A stretch of DNA of 64,000 bases from an uncultured Acidobacteriota bacterium (GCA_963700315.1 CAVOXC010000006.1:58546-122545), one strand, 5' to 3'; shown: positions 45,902 through 56,726, counted from the stretch's first letter. Notes: generated by a model not told the origin, from the letters alone. Program-made: numbers and translations.

Positions 45902-47431
45902 GTGCCCCGGATCGCCTGCCTCACCGTCCCGCTCTTCCCCCTCGCCGCGCGGCTGCGCGCCGAGCCCGAGCTCGCGCTCGAGGCGCTCGCGGTAGTCGAG
46001 GGGAGCGGCCCGGCGGCACGGGTGGTGGCGGCGACCCGCGCCGCGCGTCGCGCCGGCGTCTCCGCCGGCGCGACGCTCGCCCAGGCGCGCGCGCTGGTTC
46101 CCCGGCTGATCGCCCGCGGGCGCGATGCCGAGTGCGAGCGCGCCGCACGAGAAGCGCTCGCCGAGGCCGCCGAGCGCTTCTCCCCTCGCGTCGAACCGGC
46201 CGCGGCCGGCAGCGTCTGCCTCGACATCGACGGCGCCGCACACCGCTTCCGTGGCCGAGAGCCCGAGCGCGACCTCGGCCTCGCGCTCGAGCGCGAGGCG
46301 GCGCGCGCGGGACTGCCGGCGCGTGTCGGCATCGCCTCGTCGAAGCTCGCCGCGACGATCGCCGCGCGCGAGGCGCGGGCGAGCGATCCGCGCATCGTCC
46401 CGCACGGACGAGAGGCGGGATTCCTCGCCCCGCTCCCGCTCGCCCGGCTCGACCCCGGCATCGATCTCGCCGAGCGGCTGGCGCGCTGGGGGCTGGTCTC
46501 GGTCGGAGACCTGGCGCGGCTCCCGCCCGACGAAGTCGCGAGCCGGCTGGGCGAGGAGGGGCGCCGGCTCTCCGCGATCGCCCGCGGGCGCGACCCCTAC
46601 CCGCTCCAGCCCCGCGAGCCACCCCCCGACTTCCGTGAGGGCGTCGATCTCGAGTGGCCGCTGGCGACGCTCGAGCCCTTTCTCTTTCTCGCGCGCGCCG
46701 CGCTCGACCGGCTCTGCCGTCGGCTCGAGGGGGCGGGGCTCGGCTGCGCGCGGATCGAGGTGGCGCTCACGCTCGAGCCGGAGGGTGTCGACGAGCGCGC
46801 GATCGACCTGCCCGCTCCGACCCGGGACGCGAAGACCCTCCTCCAGATCGTCCGCCTGGCGCTCGAGGAGCGGCCGCCGGGAGCCGCCGTCGCCGGCTTC
46901 GCTTTCGTCGCGCGACCCGACCGGCCGCGCGCGGCACAGCTCTCTCTGTTCGGCCCGGCCGCCCTTTCGCCCGACCGGCTGGCGACCACGCTCGCGCGCC
47001 TCTTCGCTCTCCTCGGCCCTGGCCGCGTCGGCTCGCCGCGCGCTGTCGACGGCCACCGCCCCGAGCGCTTCGGCCTCGCTCCCTTCGCCCCACCGCCGCC
47101 ACCCCTGCTCACCGAGGAGGCGCCACGGCCACGCGGCCTCCTCGCCGTGCGCACGCTCCGGCCGCCGCTCCCGCTCGAGGTCCGGCTCGACCCGGACGCC
47201 CGCCCGGACGCCGTCGCTCCGTGCGATGGCGACGGCTCGGACGCCAAGCGTCCGAGAATCGAGGGCCGGGTCCGCCTCGCCGCCGGCCCTTGGCGGCTCG
47301 AGGAGGGGTGGTGGTCCGACGCCCCGGCCGACCGCGACTATTGGGATGTCGAGCTCGAGCCGGCGGGACTCTTCCGGATCTTCCGCGACGTCCCCACCGG
47401 ACGCTGGTACGCCGATGGCGTCTACGACTGA
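45902..47431 (+). CDS. imuB: ImuB, Y-family polymerase-like protein
   Basis: MPRIACLTVPLFPLAA...PLAVVEG-type N-terminus, CLDIDG, GIASSKLAA, LPLARL. 509 aa. Confidence 0.75.
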   Translation: MPRIACLTVPLFPLAARLRAEPELALEALAVVEGSGPAARVVAATRAARRAGVSAGATLAQARALVPRLIARGRDAECERAAREALAEAAERFSPRVEPAAAGSVCLDIDGAAHRFRGREPERDLGLALEREAARAGLPARVGIASSKLAATIAAREARASDPRIVPHGREAGFLAPLPLARLDPGIDLAERLARWGLVSVGDLARLPPDEVASRLGEEGRRLSAIARGRDPYPLQPREPPPDFREGVDLEWPLATLEPFLFLARAALDRLCRRLEGAGLGCARIEVALTLEPEGVDERAIDLPAPTRDAKTLLQIVRLALEERPPGAAVAGFAFVARPDRPRAAQLSLFGPAALSPDRLATTLARLFALLGPGRVGSPRAVDGHRPERFGLAPFAPPPPPLLTEEAPRPRGLLAVRTLRPPLPLEVRLDPDARPDAVAPCDGDGSDAKRPRIEGRVRLAAGPWRLEEGWWSDAPADRDYWDVELEPAGLFRIFRDVPTGRWYADGVYD

Positions 47432-47466
47432 GCTGCACTGATTCCTGTGCTACCCTCGCGGCTCAG

Positions 47467-49821
47467 ATGGCCGAGCCGGCTCCCCTGCCCGAGGCGGTGC
47501 TCGAGGCTCTCGACGACGCGGTGCTCGTCACCGCCGCCAACGGCGCGATCGTCTGGGCGAGCGCCCGCGTCGAAGAGCTCTGGGGCTACACACGGCGCGA
47601 GCTCGCCGGCAAGAAGCTGCCGCTTCTGCTCTCCTGGGAGAGCCGCGACGAAGGCGATGACGCCGCAACCCGCGGCAAACCGCTCGAAGCCTTCCGCAAG
47701 GACGGCACCAGCTTTCCGGTCCGAGTCACCCGCGTCCACAAGATCGCGCCCGACCGGACGCTGCTGCTGATCCGCGACCGCTCGGCCCTGGCCCAGGCGC
47801 GCGAGCGCCTTCGCCAGCTCGACCAGGCGCTCGCCACGATGGGCGCCGGCGTCGCCATCGCCAACCGCGAGCTCGAGATCGTCGAGCACAACCGGGCGCT
47901 CGCCGAGATGCACGGATACCCAGAGCGTGGGCTGCTGGGACGGCGGCTCGCCGAGATCGCCAACGAGGCGCTCGCCGGAGTCGATTTCCGCGCGCTGCAA
48001 GTCATGGGCGGTCTGCGCGCCGAGGCCATCAACCGGCGGCTGGACGGCACGCCGCTGCCGGTCGAGATCCGGCTCGACGTCGTTCAGGACGACGAGAGAA
48101 TCGCCGTCGGCCTGGTCGGCATCTTCCAGGACATCACCGAGCGCCGTCGCGCCGAGGAAGCCCTCCGGCTCTCCGAGGAGCGCTACGCGCTGGCCGTGCG
48201 CGGCGCCAACGACGGGATCTGGGACTGGAACCTGCGCAGGAGCGAGATCCACTACTCGGAGCGCTGGCAGTCGATGCTCGGTCTCGATCCGGACTCCGCC
48301 TCGCTATCGCCGGACGAGTGGTTCTCGCGCGTCCATCCAGAGGATCTCGCCGGTCTGACCGAAGCCCTGCAGCGCCACTTGGGTGGCGAGAGCGAACACT
48401 TCGAGCACGAGCACCGAATGCTCCATCGCGACGGTGGCTACCGTTGGATGCTGGCGCGTGGCGCGGTGATTTGGGACCCCGGTGGCATTCCGGTGCGGAT
48501 GGCCGGCTCGCAAACCGACATCACCGATCGCAAGGTGCACGACCCACTGACCGGCCTGCCCAACCGCGCGCTCTTCCTCGACCGGCTCGACGGCGCCCGC
48601 GCGCGCGCGCGCCGCCGCGACGCCAAGCAGTTCGCCGTCCTGTTCCTCGACATCGATCGTTTCAAGATGGTCAACGACAGCTTCGGCCATCCGGCGGGCG
48701 ATCTGCTGCTGGTGTTGGTCGCCCGCCGGATCGAGACCTGTCTGCGGGCCGGCGACACCGTGGCTCGTCTCGGCGGCGACGAGTTCACCTTCCTGCTCGA
48801 GGAGGTTGCCGGCATCGACGACGCGGTCGCCATCACCGATCGCATCCACCAGGCGTTCTCGGCACCCTTCGACGTCGACGGCCACGAGCTCTTCGTGACG
48901 GCGTCGATCGGCATCGTCCTCGGCGATCCCGACACCGAGAACCTGCCCGAAATGGTGCGCGACGCCGACACGGCGATGTACCGGGCCAAGGTCGGCGGCA
49001 GAGGCCGCTCCACCATCTTCACCGGCGAGATGCGCCACGCCGCGATCGAGAAGCTGCGGATCGAGACGGATCTGCGCCGAGCCCTCGACCGCGGCGAGTT
49101 CGAGGTCTACTACCAGCCGATCGTCACGCTCAAGACCAACCAGATCGAGGGCTTCGAGGCGTTGGTGCGCTGGCACCACCCGCAGGACGGCCTGGTGCTG
49201 CCTGACCTCTTCATCCCCTCCGCCGAGGAGACGGGGCTCATCCTGCCGCTCGGCATGTGGGTGCTCGAGCAGGCCTGCCGGCAGCTCGCCGAGTGGCACC
49301 AAGCCGGGTCCGCGTGGCGGCGTGCCTGGATGTCGGTCAATCTCTCGCCCAAGCTCTTCTCCCAGCCCGACCTTGTCCCACAGGTCCGCGACACGCTCGA
49401 GCGAACGGGCCTGCCCGCGCAGAACCTCAAGCTCGAGATCACCGAAGGCGTGTTGATCGAGAGCCCGGAGCGCGCCGCCGAGATGCTGCGCGAGCTGCGC
49501 GCCATGGGAGTCGGCATCTGCATCGACGACTTCGGCACGGGGTACTCCTCGCTCGCCTATCTCGACCGCTTCGCCGTCGACGTGCTCAAGATCGACCGCT
49601 CGTTCATCGCCTCGTTGTCGGCTGGCGGCGATCGCGTCGAGCTCGTCCGCAACATCATCCAGCTCGCCATGGATCTCGACCTACACGTCGTGGCCGAAGG
49701 CGTCGAGACCGCCGAGCAGCGCCGCCGCCTCGCCAACCTCGACTGCGAGCTCATGCAGGGCTTTCACTTCGCCCGGCCCGCGCCGGCGTCGTCGATCTGG
49801 TCCGATTTCCACAAGCGCTAG
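47467..49821 (+). CDS. PAS/PAC - GGDEF - EAL signalling protein
   Basis: Start at the ATG at 47467, after the imuB stop. Three PAS-like segments; DPLTGLPNR...RLGGDEFTFLL (GGDEF); FEALVRW...DDFGTGYSSL...KIDRSF...AEGVET (EAL). Confidence 0.85.
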   Translation: MAEPAPLPEAVLEALDDAVLVTAANGAIVWASARVEELWGYTRRELAGKKLPLLLSWESRDEGDDAATRGKPLEAFRKDGTSFPVRVTRVHKIAPDRTLLLIRDRSALAQARERLRQLDQALATMGAGVAIANRELEIVEHNRALAEMHGYPERGLLGRRLAEIANEALAGVDFRALQVMGGLRAEAINRRLDGTPLPVEIRLDVVQDDERIAVGLVGIFQDITERRRAEEALRLSEERYALAVRGANDGIWDWNLRRSEIHYSERWQSMLGLDPDSASLSPDEWFSRVHPEDLAGLTEALQRHLGGESEHFEHEHRMLHRDGGYRWMLARGAVIWDPGGIPVRMAGSQTDITDRKVHDPLTGLPNRALFLDRLDGARARARRRDAKQFAVLFLDIDRFKMVNDSFGHPAGDLLLVLVARRIETCLRAGDTVARLGGDEFTFLLEEVAGIDDAVAITDRIHQAFSAPFDVDGHELFVTASIGIVLGDPDTENLPEMVRDADTAMYRAKVGGRGRSTIFTGEMRHAAIEKLRIETDLRRALDRGEFEVYYQPIVTLKTNQIEGFEALVRWHHPQDGLVLPDLFIPSAEETGLILPLGMWVLEQACRQLAEWHQAGSAWRRAWMSVNLSPKLFSQPDLVPQVRDTLERTGLPAQNLKLEITEGVLIESPERAAEMLRELRAMGVGICIDDFGTGYSSLAYLDRFAVDVLKIDRSFIASLSAGGDRVELVRNIIQLAMDLDLHVVAEGVETAEQRRRLANLDCELMQGFHFARPAPASSIWSDFHKR

Positions 49822-49831
49822 CGGCGCGACC

Positions 49832-51139
49832 TCAGGTCACGCTGGCGTGGTGGATGTGGAGCTCGAACTCGATCATGCCGGCGCGAAAGCGATCGCCGGG
49901 GCGCAGGCGCGCCGAGTCGACGCGGCGCTCCTCGTAGACGACGCCATTGGTCGAGCCGAGGTCGAGCAGAAAGACCTCGCCCTCCTCGAGCACCAGCCGC
50001 AAGTGCTGCACCGACATGGTCGGGTCCTGGAAGGCCAGCGTGTTCTGTTTCGAATCCCGGCCGATGTCGATGGCGCGGTCGGGCGGTATCCGAAAGAAGC
50101 GCGGTTCGCGACCTGGCTCGCGGATTCCCAGCACGACCTCCTCGGTCAGCACCAGCGTCCGTTCGATCGACTCCGAGAAGGGCAACCGCCGGAACGCCGC
50201 GGTGTCGTCCAGCGAGACCTCGATCAGGCCGCCGGGTGAGATCTGAGGCCTGCCGCGCAACTGCGCTGCCTGGATCTCGTCGACGAGTCGGTGAGAGGGC
50301 CGGGACGGCGGAGCCGCCGGCAGGGGAACGCCGGGCTCGGTGCCGCGCTCCGGCTCGCTGGCGGCCGGCGGCGGCGCGGGCCGCCGACGCGATAGCAGGA
50401 ACCCGATCGCGATGCCCGCGACGGCGACCAACGCGGCGACGAGCAGAAGGAGCCGCGATCCGTCCGCCGCAGGCGGCGGCGCGGGCACCGCGCTCGGCGC
50501 CGCCGTCGCGATCGGGGTCGGCGGCGGCGGCGCGGCCGGTCTCGCCGCGACCGCGACCCGTCGCAGCGCCTCGATCTCCGCGGCCAGCGCATCCGGGTCG
50601 GCGGCGACCACCGCTCCAGCGTAGAGACCACCAGTGAGCAGGGCGAGTCGCCGCAGCGTCCGCTCGTCGACACGGCCGGTGCCCAAGGCGACCACCCGCA
50701 CCCCTCGCTCGCTCGCCAGGCGAGCCACGTCCTCGAGGGTCGTCGCCGAGTTCTCGTCCCGCCCGTCCGAGACCAGGACCAAGACGCCGCCGACGCCGAG
50801 CGCGCGAACGCCCTCGATCAGGCCATCGTGCAGCACGGTATAGCGGCCGGCGGGACGCAGCGCCGCCAGCGCCTCCTGCAGGCCCGCCCCTCCGGGGCGT
50901 AGCAGCCAGCGCACCTCGTCGTCGAAGGCCAGCGCCGCCGGCTCCGCGCCGGCAGGAAGCCGCAGGAACAACTGGCGGGCCAACTCGGCGGCGGCGCGGC
51001 TCTGCTCGCTGGTGAGCGACCGGCTCGAATCGAGCGCGATCAGGACCCGCGGCTCTTCCGCTGCCTCGGCACCTGCTGAGACCCCGATGAGGACGCAGGG
51101 CAGCGCCAGGACGATGCACCAGCGTGGAGCGCGACGCAT
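49832..51139 (-). CDS. Signal peptide - vWA domain - TM - FHA domain protein
   Basis: VLIALDSSRSL (MIDAS-like D.S.S), VLVLVSDGRDE, TM LLLLVAALVAVAGIAIGFLL. C-terminal FHA: IDIGRDSKQNTLAFQDPTMSVQHLRLVLEEGEVFLLDLGSTNGV. Confidence 0.75.
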   Translation of the reverse strand: MRRAPRWCIVLALPCVLIGVSAGAEAAEEPRVLIALDSSRSLTSEQSRAAAELARQLFLRLPAGAEPAALAFDDEVRWLLRPGGAGLQEALAALRPAGRYTVLHDGLIEGVRALGVGGVLVLVSDGRDENSATTLEDVARLASERGVRVVALGTGRVDERTLRRLALLTGGLYAGAVVAADPDALAAEIEALRRVAVAARPAAPPPPTPIATAAPSAVPAPPPAADGSRLLLLVAALVAVAGIAIGFLLSRRRPAPPPAASEPERGTEPGVPLPAAPPSRPSHRLVDEIQAAQLRGRPQISPGGLIEVSLDDTAAFRRLPFSESIERTLVLTEEVVLGIREPGREPRFFRIPPDRAIDIGRDSKQNTLAFQDPTMSVQHLRLVLEEGEVFLLDLGSTNGVVYEERRVDSARLRPGDRFRAGMIEFELHIHHASVT

Positions 51140-51206
51140 GAGCGGAACCTCCCGGCCCGCCAGTCTAGTCGCCTTCGCTCGGTTCCGAACCGCCTCCCGG
51201 GATGGG

Positions 51207-51815
51207 TCAGCGCCCAGCGCCAGGACGAGCGAAGAGACGTCGGGCCAGCAGATCGCCGGGAAGGAAGAGGAGGATCGTGGCGATCGGGACCGCCGCGAAG
51301 GCGAAGAGGAGGGGCGGCAGGAGGGTCTGCTCGACGCCGAAGGGGAACCACATCCAGTTGAGATTCTGCTCCGGCGTGCCGAGCTGCTGGCCGAGCGGGA
51401 AGAGGACGAGCGCGACGAGCGTCTCGAGGCGGACGCCGCGCCGGTCGTGGCCGACCCGGCGCATCAGCCAGACGAGCAGCGGCACCATCCAGAGGTGAAA
51501 GAGCGAGAGCATCCGCAGCCACCAGGGCGACGCCGCGTCGAACATGTACTCGGTGCCGCCGACCGGATGGGCGCCGAACAGCAGCCGGCCGAGAAAGTCG
51601 ACCGCCCAGACGAGCTGGATGACAAAGACACCGGCGAGTTGCGACGAGACCAGCAGGGCGCTCTCCGACCAGATCGCCACGAGCGTCACGAAGTTGGCGA
51701 AATCGCAGATCCAGAGAAAGTTCGAAGGGCCGTTCTGGGTCCAATAGACCGGCACCCAGATCACCATCCAGAGCGTGAACGAGAGCTTTGCCGCGAGCGG
51801 CACTCTAGCCGGCAC
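51207..51815 (-). CDS. Integral membrane protein, unknown function
   Basis: 202 aa with about six hydrophobic, Trp-rich segments (FTLWMVIWVPVYW, LFHLWMVPLLVWL...). Confidence 0.5.
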   Translation of the reverse strand: MPARVPLAAKLSFTLWMVIWVPVYWTQNGPSNFLWICDFANFVTLVAIWSESALLVSSQLAGVFVIQLVWAVDFLGRLLFGAHPVGGTEYMFDAASPWWLRMLSLFHLWMVPLLVWLMRRVGHDRRGVRLETLVALVLFPLGQQLGTPEQNLNWMWFPFGVEQTLLPPLLFAFAAVPIATILLFLPGDLLARRLFARPGAGR

Positions 51816-52130
51816 TTCTCACCGGCCTTGCAAGGTGGGTCCGGATCTGCCCCCGAGCGCCGCGATGACCTGGATCGGGCTCCTCGACGATGTCTGCGAA
51901 AACCGACAAGGGCTGCTGTCGAACTGCATCCACCCGACGCCGCGGAGGATTCGCCTCGCAACCACTCGCGCCACGAAAGCCTGCATTGAAGGAGAGACGT
52001 GCGGAGTCGCCGAGTCGCCTCGCGGCAGCCGAGCTCGCTGACTCGGCATTTCCTTCACTGCCCGTTTCCTGCGTCGCGAGTCCGATCTCGAGAGCTGTCC
52101 CCATCGAGGAATCGGCCTCGGACGCGTCGC

Positions 52131-52165
52131 GCAAGAAAAGAGCCGGGGCCTCTCGACCCCGGCTC
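52131..52165 (-). terminator. Intrinsic terminator after the TonB-dependent receptor gene
   Basis: Minus strand GAGCCGGGG-TCGAGAGG-CCCCGGCTC followed by TTTTCTTGC, about 25 nt after the stop at 52190. Confidence 0.65.
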
Positions 52166-52189
52166 CCCTGACGCGTAGCGCTGCTCGGC

Positions 52190-54274
52190 TCAGAACCGGA
52201 AGCCGACCTGACCCGTTACCTTGCGGCTGATGATGTCGCCGAAGATGTGCTGCATCACGTCCTCGTCGAAGAGATTGGAGCCGATGATCTGGAGCGTGAG
52301 CCGCTCGTCGAGCAGGCGCACGCCGATCGCCGCATTGACCTGCGTGAAGGCATCGGTATAGCCACGGACGTTGAGCACGTCCGCCCAGAACGCCTTGTCC
52401 TGGTAGTTGACGTTGGTGCTCCAGAACCAGGAGCCGGCGTCGTAGGAGAGCCCGAAGTTGCCGCGCCACTCCGGCGGCAGGTTCTGGCTATTCGCGTCAG
52501 CCGCGTCGAGGCCTTTGAATTCTGGATTGTCCTGCCACGACGCGTTCAGGAACCAGGACCAGTCGGTGCCGATACGCTGGTTCAAGGAGAGCTCGAAGCC
52601 CTGGTCGGTCTGCTCGCCGATGTTGCGATAGCTGAAGCTCGACGGGACGACTCCGGCGAGACCGCCGAGAGGACAGGCCGGCACCGATCCCGGCGGAACG
52701 AAGAAGCAGGGGAGCACCTGCGACGGCACGCCCGGGGGCAGGTTGGTCGGACCGTAGGTCCTCTGGACGTAGAAGTCGATCGTGTCCTCGGTCTCGTTGC
52801 GATAGGCCGCCAGCGTCAGCGTCAAGCCGTTGTCGAAGGTGCCGACGTAGCCCACCTCGTAGGCGGTGAGGTGCTCCTCGACGAGATCGACATTGCCGTC
52901 GGCGACCGCGGGGATCAGCAGCGGACCGACCTGGTTGAGGATGGTGACGTCGAGGTAGTTGTTGATCGCGGACGGCGTGCGGAAGGCCTCGTTGTAGGAA
53001 AGGCGGAAGGTGTGCCGGGGCACGGGGGAGATCAGCAGGCTCGTGCGCGGCGTGAACACTCCGTCCTTGAGCGGATCGATGTCGTCGTAGCGGCCACCGA
53101 TCAGCCAGCGCACCTTGTCGCCGAGCAGGATCTCGTCCTGCAGGAAGACGCCCCACTCGTCCTTGTCCTTGCCCTGGGGCGCGATCTCGAGGTCGAAGCT
53201 GCTGGTCCTGTAGTTGCCGCCGTAGGTGAGGATGTTGCGGCTGCCGGCGACGGAGGTGTTCGCCACGTCGAGGTTGTAGGTGTCGGTGCCGAAGGCGAAG
53301 CCGAGGGGCTGACCGTCGACGCCGCGCGTCAGCAGATTGATCGAGTCGGCGTCGAGGAAGTTCGCGAACAACCCGATGTTGAGGGCGAGCTTGTTGTAGG
53401 TCGCCTTGGCATAGGAAAGGTTGGAGCTCTTGTCGATGTCGAACGGACCGATGCCGGTGTGGATGATGCCGTCGGTGCCCGCGTAGCCCGCGCCGAACGA
53501 GGCGAAGGTGGCCTCGTCGAGATCCCAGTCGAACCGGAGGTCACCCTTCGGCTGCTGCGTGCCCGAGTTCTCGAAGGGGGGATAGACGGTCGGCGGGTTC
53601 GAGCCCGGCACCAATCCGGTGGGGCGATCGTAGGGATCCTGCTCGTAGTAGCCAGCCGAAACCTTGTATCCGAAGCTCCCGGAGACGCCGGCGTGACTGA
53701 CGCTGCCGTAGGCGGTGCCGAGCTCGCCGGCGCCCAGGAGCAGCGTCGTTCCGGCCATCTCCTTCGGCCGCTTGGTGATGAGGTTGACCACGCCGCTCAT
53801 CGCGTTGGCGCCCCAGACGGCGCTGCCCGGACCGCGCACCGCCTCGATCTGCTTGATCTCGCCCGGATTCACCGGCAGAAAGTCCCACATGACGAAGCCG
53901 AAGAAGTCGAGATAGATCGAGCGCCCGTCGAGCAGCACCAGCTGTGAGGTCGAGAGCGTGTTGGTCGCGCCTCGGGCCGTCATGTTGATATCGCGGGCGC
54001 TCGTCTGCGAGACGTTGAGACCGGGGACGTTGCGCAGCAGGTCGCCATAGTCATCCGCGGGAATCGACTCGATCGTCCGCGCGTCGAGCACCGTGATCGC
54101 CGCGGGCGCCTCGTTGAGCGACTGCTCCGTTCGCGACGCCGTGACGACAATGACCTCCTCGACTCGATCCTGCGGCTCATCCGCGCCTGGGGTCTGAGCC
54201 TCCTGGGCCAATGTCGCCCCCGAGCCGAGCACGGCCCCGACGAGCATCCACCCCACTACTGAGTTCGGCTTCAT
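52190..54274 (-). CDS. TonB-dependent receptor
   Basis: ATG at 54274. Signal peptide; plug EEVIVVTASRTEQSLNEAPAAITVL...GDLLRNVPGLNV...LVLLDGR. Terminal ...GQVGFRF. Confidence 0.9.
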   Translation of the reverse strand: MKPNSVVGWMLVGAVLGSGATLAQEAQTPGADEPQDRVEEVIVVTASRTEQSLNEAPAAITVLDARTIESIPADDYGDLLRNVPGLNVSQTSARDINMTARGATNTLSTSQLVLLDGRSIYLDFFGFVMWDFLPVNPGEIKQIEAVRGPGSAVWGANAMSGVVNLITKRPKEMAGTTLLLGAGELGTAYGSVSHAGVSGSFGYKVSAGYYEQDPYDRPTGLVPGSNPPTVYPPFENSGTQQPKGDLRFDWDLDEATFASFGAGYAGTDGIIHTGIGPFDIDKSSNLSYAKATYNKLALNIGLFANFLDADSINLLTRGVDGQPLGFAFGTDTYNLDVANTSVAGSRNILTYGGNYRTSSFDLEIAPQGKDKDEWGVFLQDEILLGDKVRWLIGGRYDDIDPLKDGVFTPRTSLLISPVPRHTFRLSYNEAFRTPSAINNYLDVTILNQVGPLLIPAVADGNVDLVEEHLTAYEVGYVGTFDNGLTLTLAAYRNETEDTIDFYVQRTYGPTNLPPGVPSQVLPCFFVPPGSVPACPLGGLAGVVPSSFSYRNIGEQTDQGFELSLNQRIGTDWSWFLNASWQDNPEFKGLDAADANSQNLPPEWRGNFGLSYDAGSWFWSTNVNYQDKAFWADVLNVRGYTDAFTQVNAAIGVRLLDERLTLQIIGSNLFDEDVMQHIFGDIISRKVTGQVGFRF

Positions 54275-54430
54275 CCTCGGATCTCCTGTCCCCGCCTGCA
54301 TCTTCCGCCGCGGCTTGCGACGAAGCTAACCCGACATCTTCATGGAAACTGGCGCGATGGTACCTCTAGGCGCACTCGGCTTCAAGGCATGCCGCGGCGC
54401 CGCGACGGAGGGCTCCGGTAGGATGCGCCG

Positions 54431-56643
54431 ATGTCGACGCGACCGCCCACGCCGCCTCATCGATTCGCCGACGGAACCCGTCTGGCCGCCGGCTGCCTGC
54501 TCTTCGCCGTCGTGGCCGTAGGCACCGCCGCACCATCCCGAGCCCTGCCGCCCGCCGGGCGATCTCCCATCGTGGTGATCTCGATCGACACGCTTCGCTC
54601 CGACCGGTTGCCGGTCTACGGCTACGACAAGGTCCAGACGCCGGCGATCGACGCGCTCGCCAAGGACGGCGTTCTCTTCGAGCACGCCTTCAGCCAGATA
54701 CCGCTCACCCTGCCCTCGCACCTCTCGATGTTCTCCGGGCTGCTGCCGGCCGCGCACGGCGTGCGCGACAACAGCGGCTACCACTTCGACGCCTCCCGCC
54801 ACCCCTGGACACCCGAGACACTGCGCGCCGGCGGCTACCGCACGGCGGGTTTCGCGTCCACTTTCGTCCTGCGGCCGGAGACAGGCATCGCCGCGGGTTT
54901 CGAGAGCTACGACGCCGACATCGATCTCGGGACCAGCTCCGACCTCTCCGGCGCCCAGCGACCGGGGCGGATCGCCGTGGGCAAGGCGATCGAATGGCTC
55001 CGCACACGCGGATCGGATCCGTTCTTCCTGTTCGTCCACCTCTACGAACCGCATGCCCCCTATCAACCGGAACCCCCCTTCGCCAGCCGCTACGCCGATG
55101 CCTACGACGGCGAGATCGCGACGGCCGACGCGCTTGTCGGCGAGCTCTTGGCCGAGCTGAAGCGGCTGGGGCTCGTATGGCCGGTCGCTGGTGCTCCTGC
55201 TCTCCGACCACGGCGAGGGACTCGGCGACCATGGCGAGGACGAGCACGGCATGCTGCTCTACCGGGAGACCCTGCAGGTCCCGATGATTCTCAAGCTGCC
55301 CGGTGGCGCTCGGGCCGGCCAGCGCGTGTCGACGCCGGCGCAGACGATCGACGTGGCGCCGACGCTGCTCGCGGCGGCAGGATTGCCGGCCGATCCCCGG
55401 CTCGAGGGCGTGGCGCTCCAGGAGCTGAGCGCAGCGGCAGCGGTCGACCGCCCACTCGTCGCGGAGTCCAACTACGCTCGCCTCCACTACGGTTGGAGCG
55501 AGCTGATCTCGGTGATCGAGTACCCCTTCCAGCTGATCGACGGGCCGGATCCCGAGCTCTACGATCTTGCGGCGGACCCCGGCGCGACGCGCAACCTCCG
55601 CGACACCGAGCGTCGCCGCTTTCATGCGCTCCGCGAGATCGCCAAGCAGAACGCCGTGGCTCCCGACACACCCACCGCCGAGGACACCGAGACGGCCCGA
55701 CGCCTCGCAGCCCTCGGCTACCTCGGCGGAGTCGCCAAGACCGCAGGCCCACCGGTCGATCCCAAGTCGAAGCTGGAGCTGTTGAGCCGTTTCCGCGCGG
55801 CGCGCGCGGAGATCCAGAACGGTCTGCCCCAGCAGGCCGTGCCCACGCTCGAGCAGTTGGTCCAAGCGGCGCCGGGAATGATCGACGGTTGGCTCCAGCT
55901 CGGGGACGCCCGCCGCCTGCTCGGCGACCTCGAAGGCTCGCTTTTCGCCTACAAGCAAGCGATGACGTTGTCATCGGGCGCCGACCGCGCCGCGCTCGGC
56001 GCGGCGGGTGTTCTGCGCGACCTCGGCCGGCTCGGCGAAGCGCAGCAGCACGCCGAGCTCGCGCTCGCCGGCGCGGCGCATGCGGCGTACCGAGTTCTCG
56101 CCGAGATCGCGCTCGCCGACCGCGACCCGGCCGCCGCGCAGGCCGCGGCACAAGGCGCCATCGACAACGGCGCGGAGCTCGGCGGTCGCATCCTGCTGGC
56201 GCGCGCCTTGATCGCATCGAAGCAACCGGAACGAGCGCTCGCCGAGCTCGACCGCGCCGAGCAGCGCAAGGCTGCCCTTGGCGCCGGGAGCAACGACTTC
56301 CTCGGTTTGTACTCGGCACGCGGCGACGCGATGCTCACGCTCGGCCGCCGCAGCGAGGCATTCGACGCCTACCGGCTCGAGGTCGAGGAATTCCCGGGAA
56401 TCCGAGCTCGGCTACATGAGCCTCGCCATCCTGCTGCGGATCGAGGGCCGGCTCGAGGAGGCGGTGCGCGTGCTCGAAATGATGGTCGCCCGCAACCCCG
56501 AGCGGCCCAACGCCTACTACGCGGCCGCGGCGACGATGCTGAAGCTCGGCGCCAGCGAGCCGGGCGCGCGCGTACTCCGTCTCGGACTCGCCCGCTTTCC
56601 CGACAACGCCAAGCTCCGCTCGTTGGCCGCGGGCAGAGGCTGA
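54431..56643 (+). pseudogene. Sulfatase-like (alkaline-phosphatase superfamily) - TPR fusion with two apparent frameshifts
   Basis: VVISIDTLRSD, PLTLPSHLSMFSG, then frame change near 55170 (LKRLGL / YGRSLVLLLSDHGEGLGDHGE). TPR-like C-terminus; second frame change near 56400 (EVEEFPG / ELGYMSLAILLRIEGRLEEA). Confidence 0.65.
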
Positions 56644-56726
56644 TCCACCGGATCACGCCGGTCGTGCCAATTCGGACCAACCTGCAGATCGAGGGCCCGG
56701 CACCGTCCTTGCGGTGACCCGAGATC

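Noticed and set aside
46654-47466. N-terminal 271 codons of the 1055-aa ORF 46654..49821.
   Set aside because: This part overlaps imuB in another frame and is Arg/Pro-rich. The PAS-GGDEF-EAL protein begins plausibly at the ATG at 47467, 35 nt after the imuB stop.
54275-54430. A possible riboswitch (cobalamin, TPP and others) in the divergent region upstream of the TonB-dependent receptor.
   Set aside because: I found no B12-box or other recognisable riboswitch core by eye. This cannot be excluded without a covariance-model scan (Rfam/Infernal).
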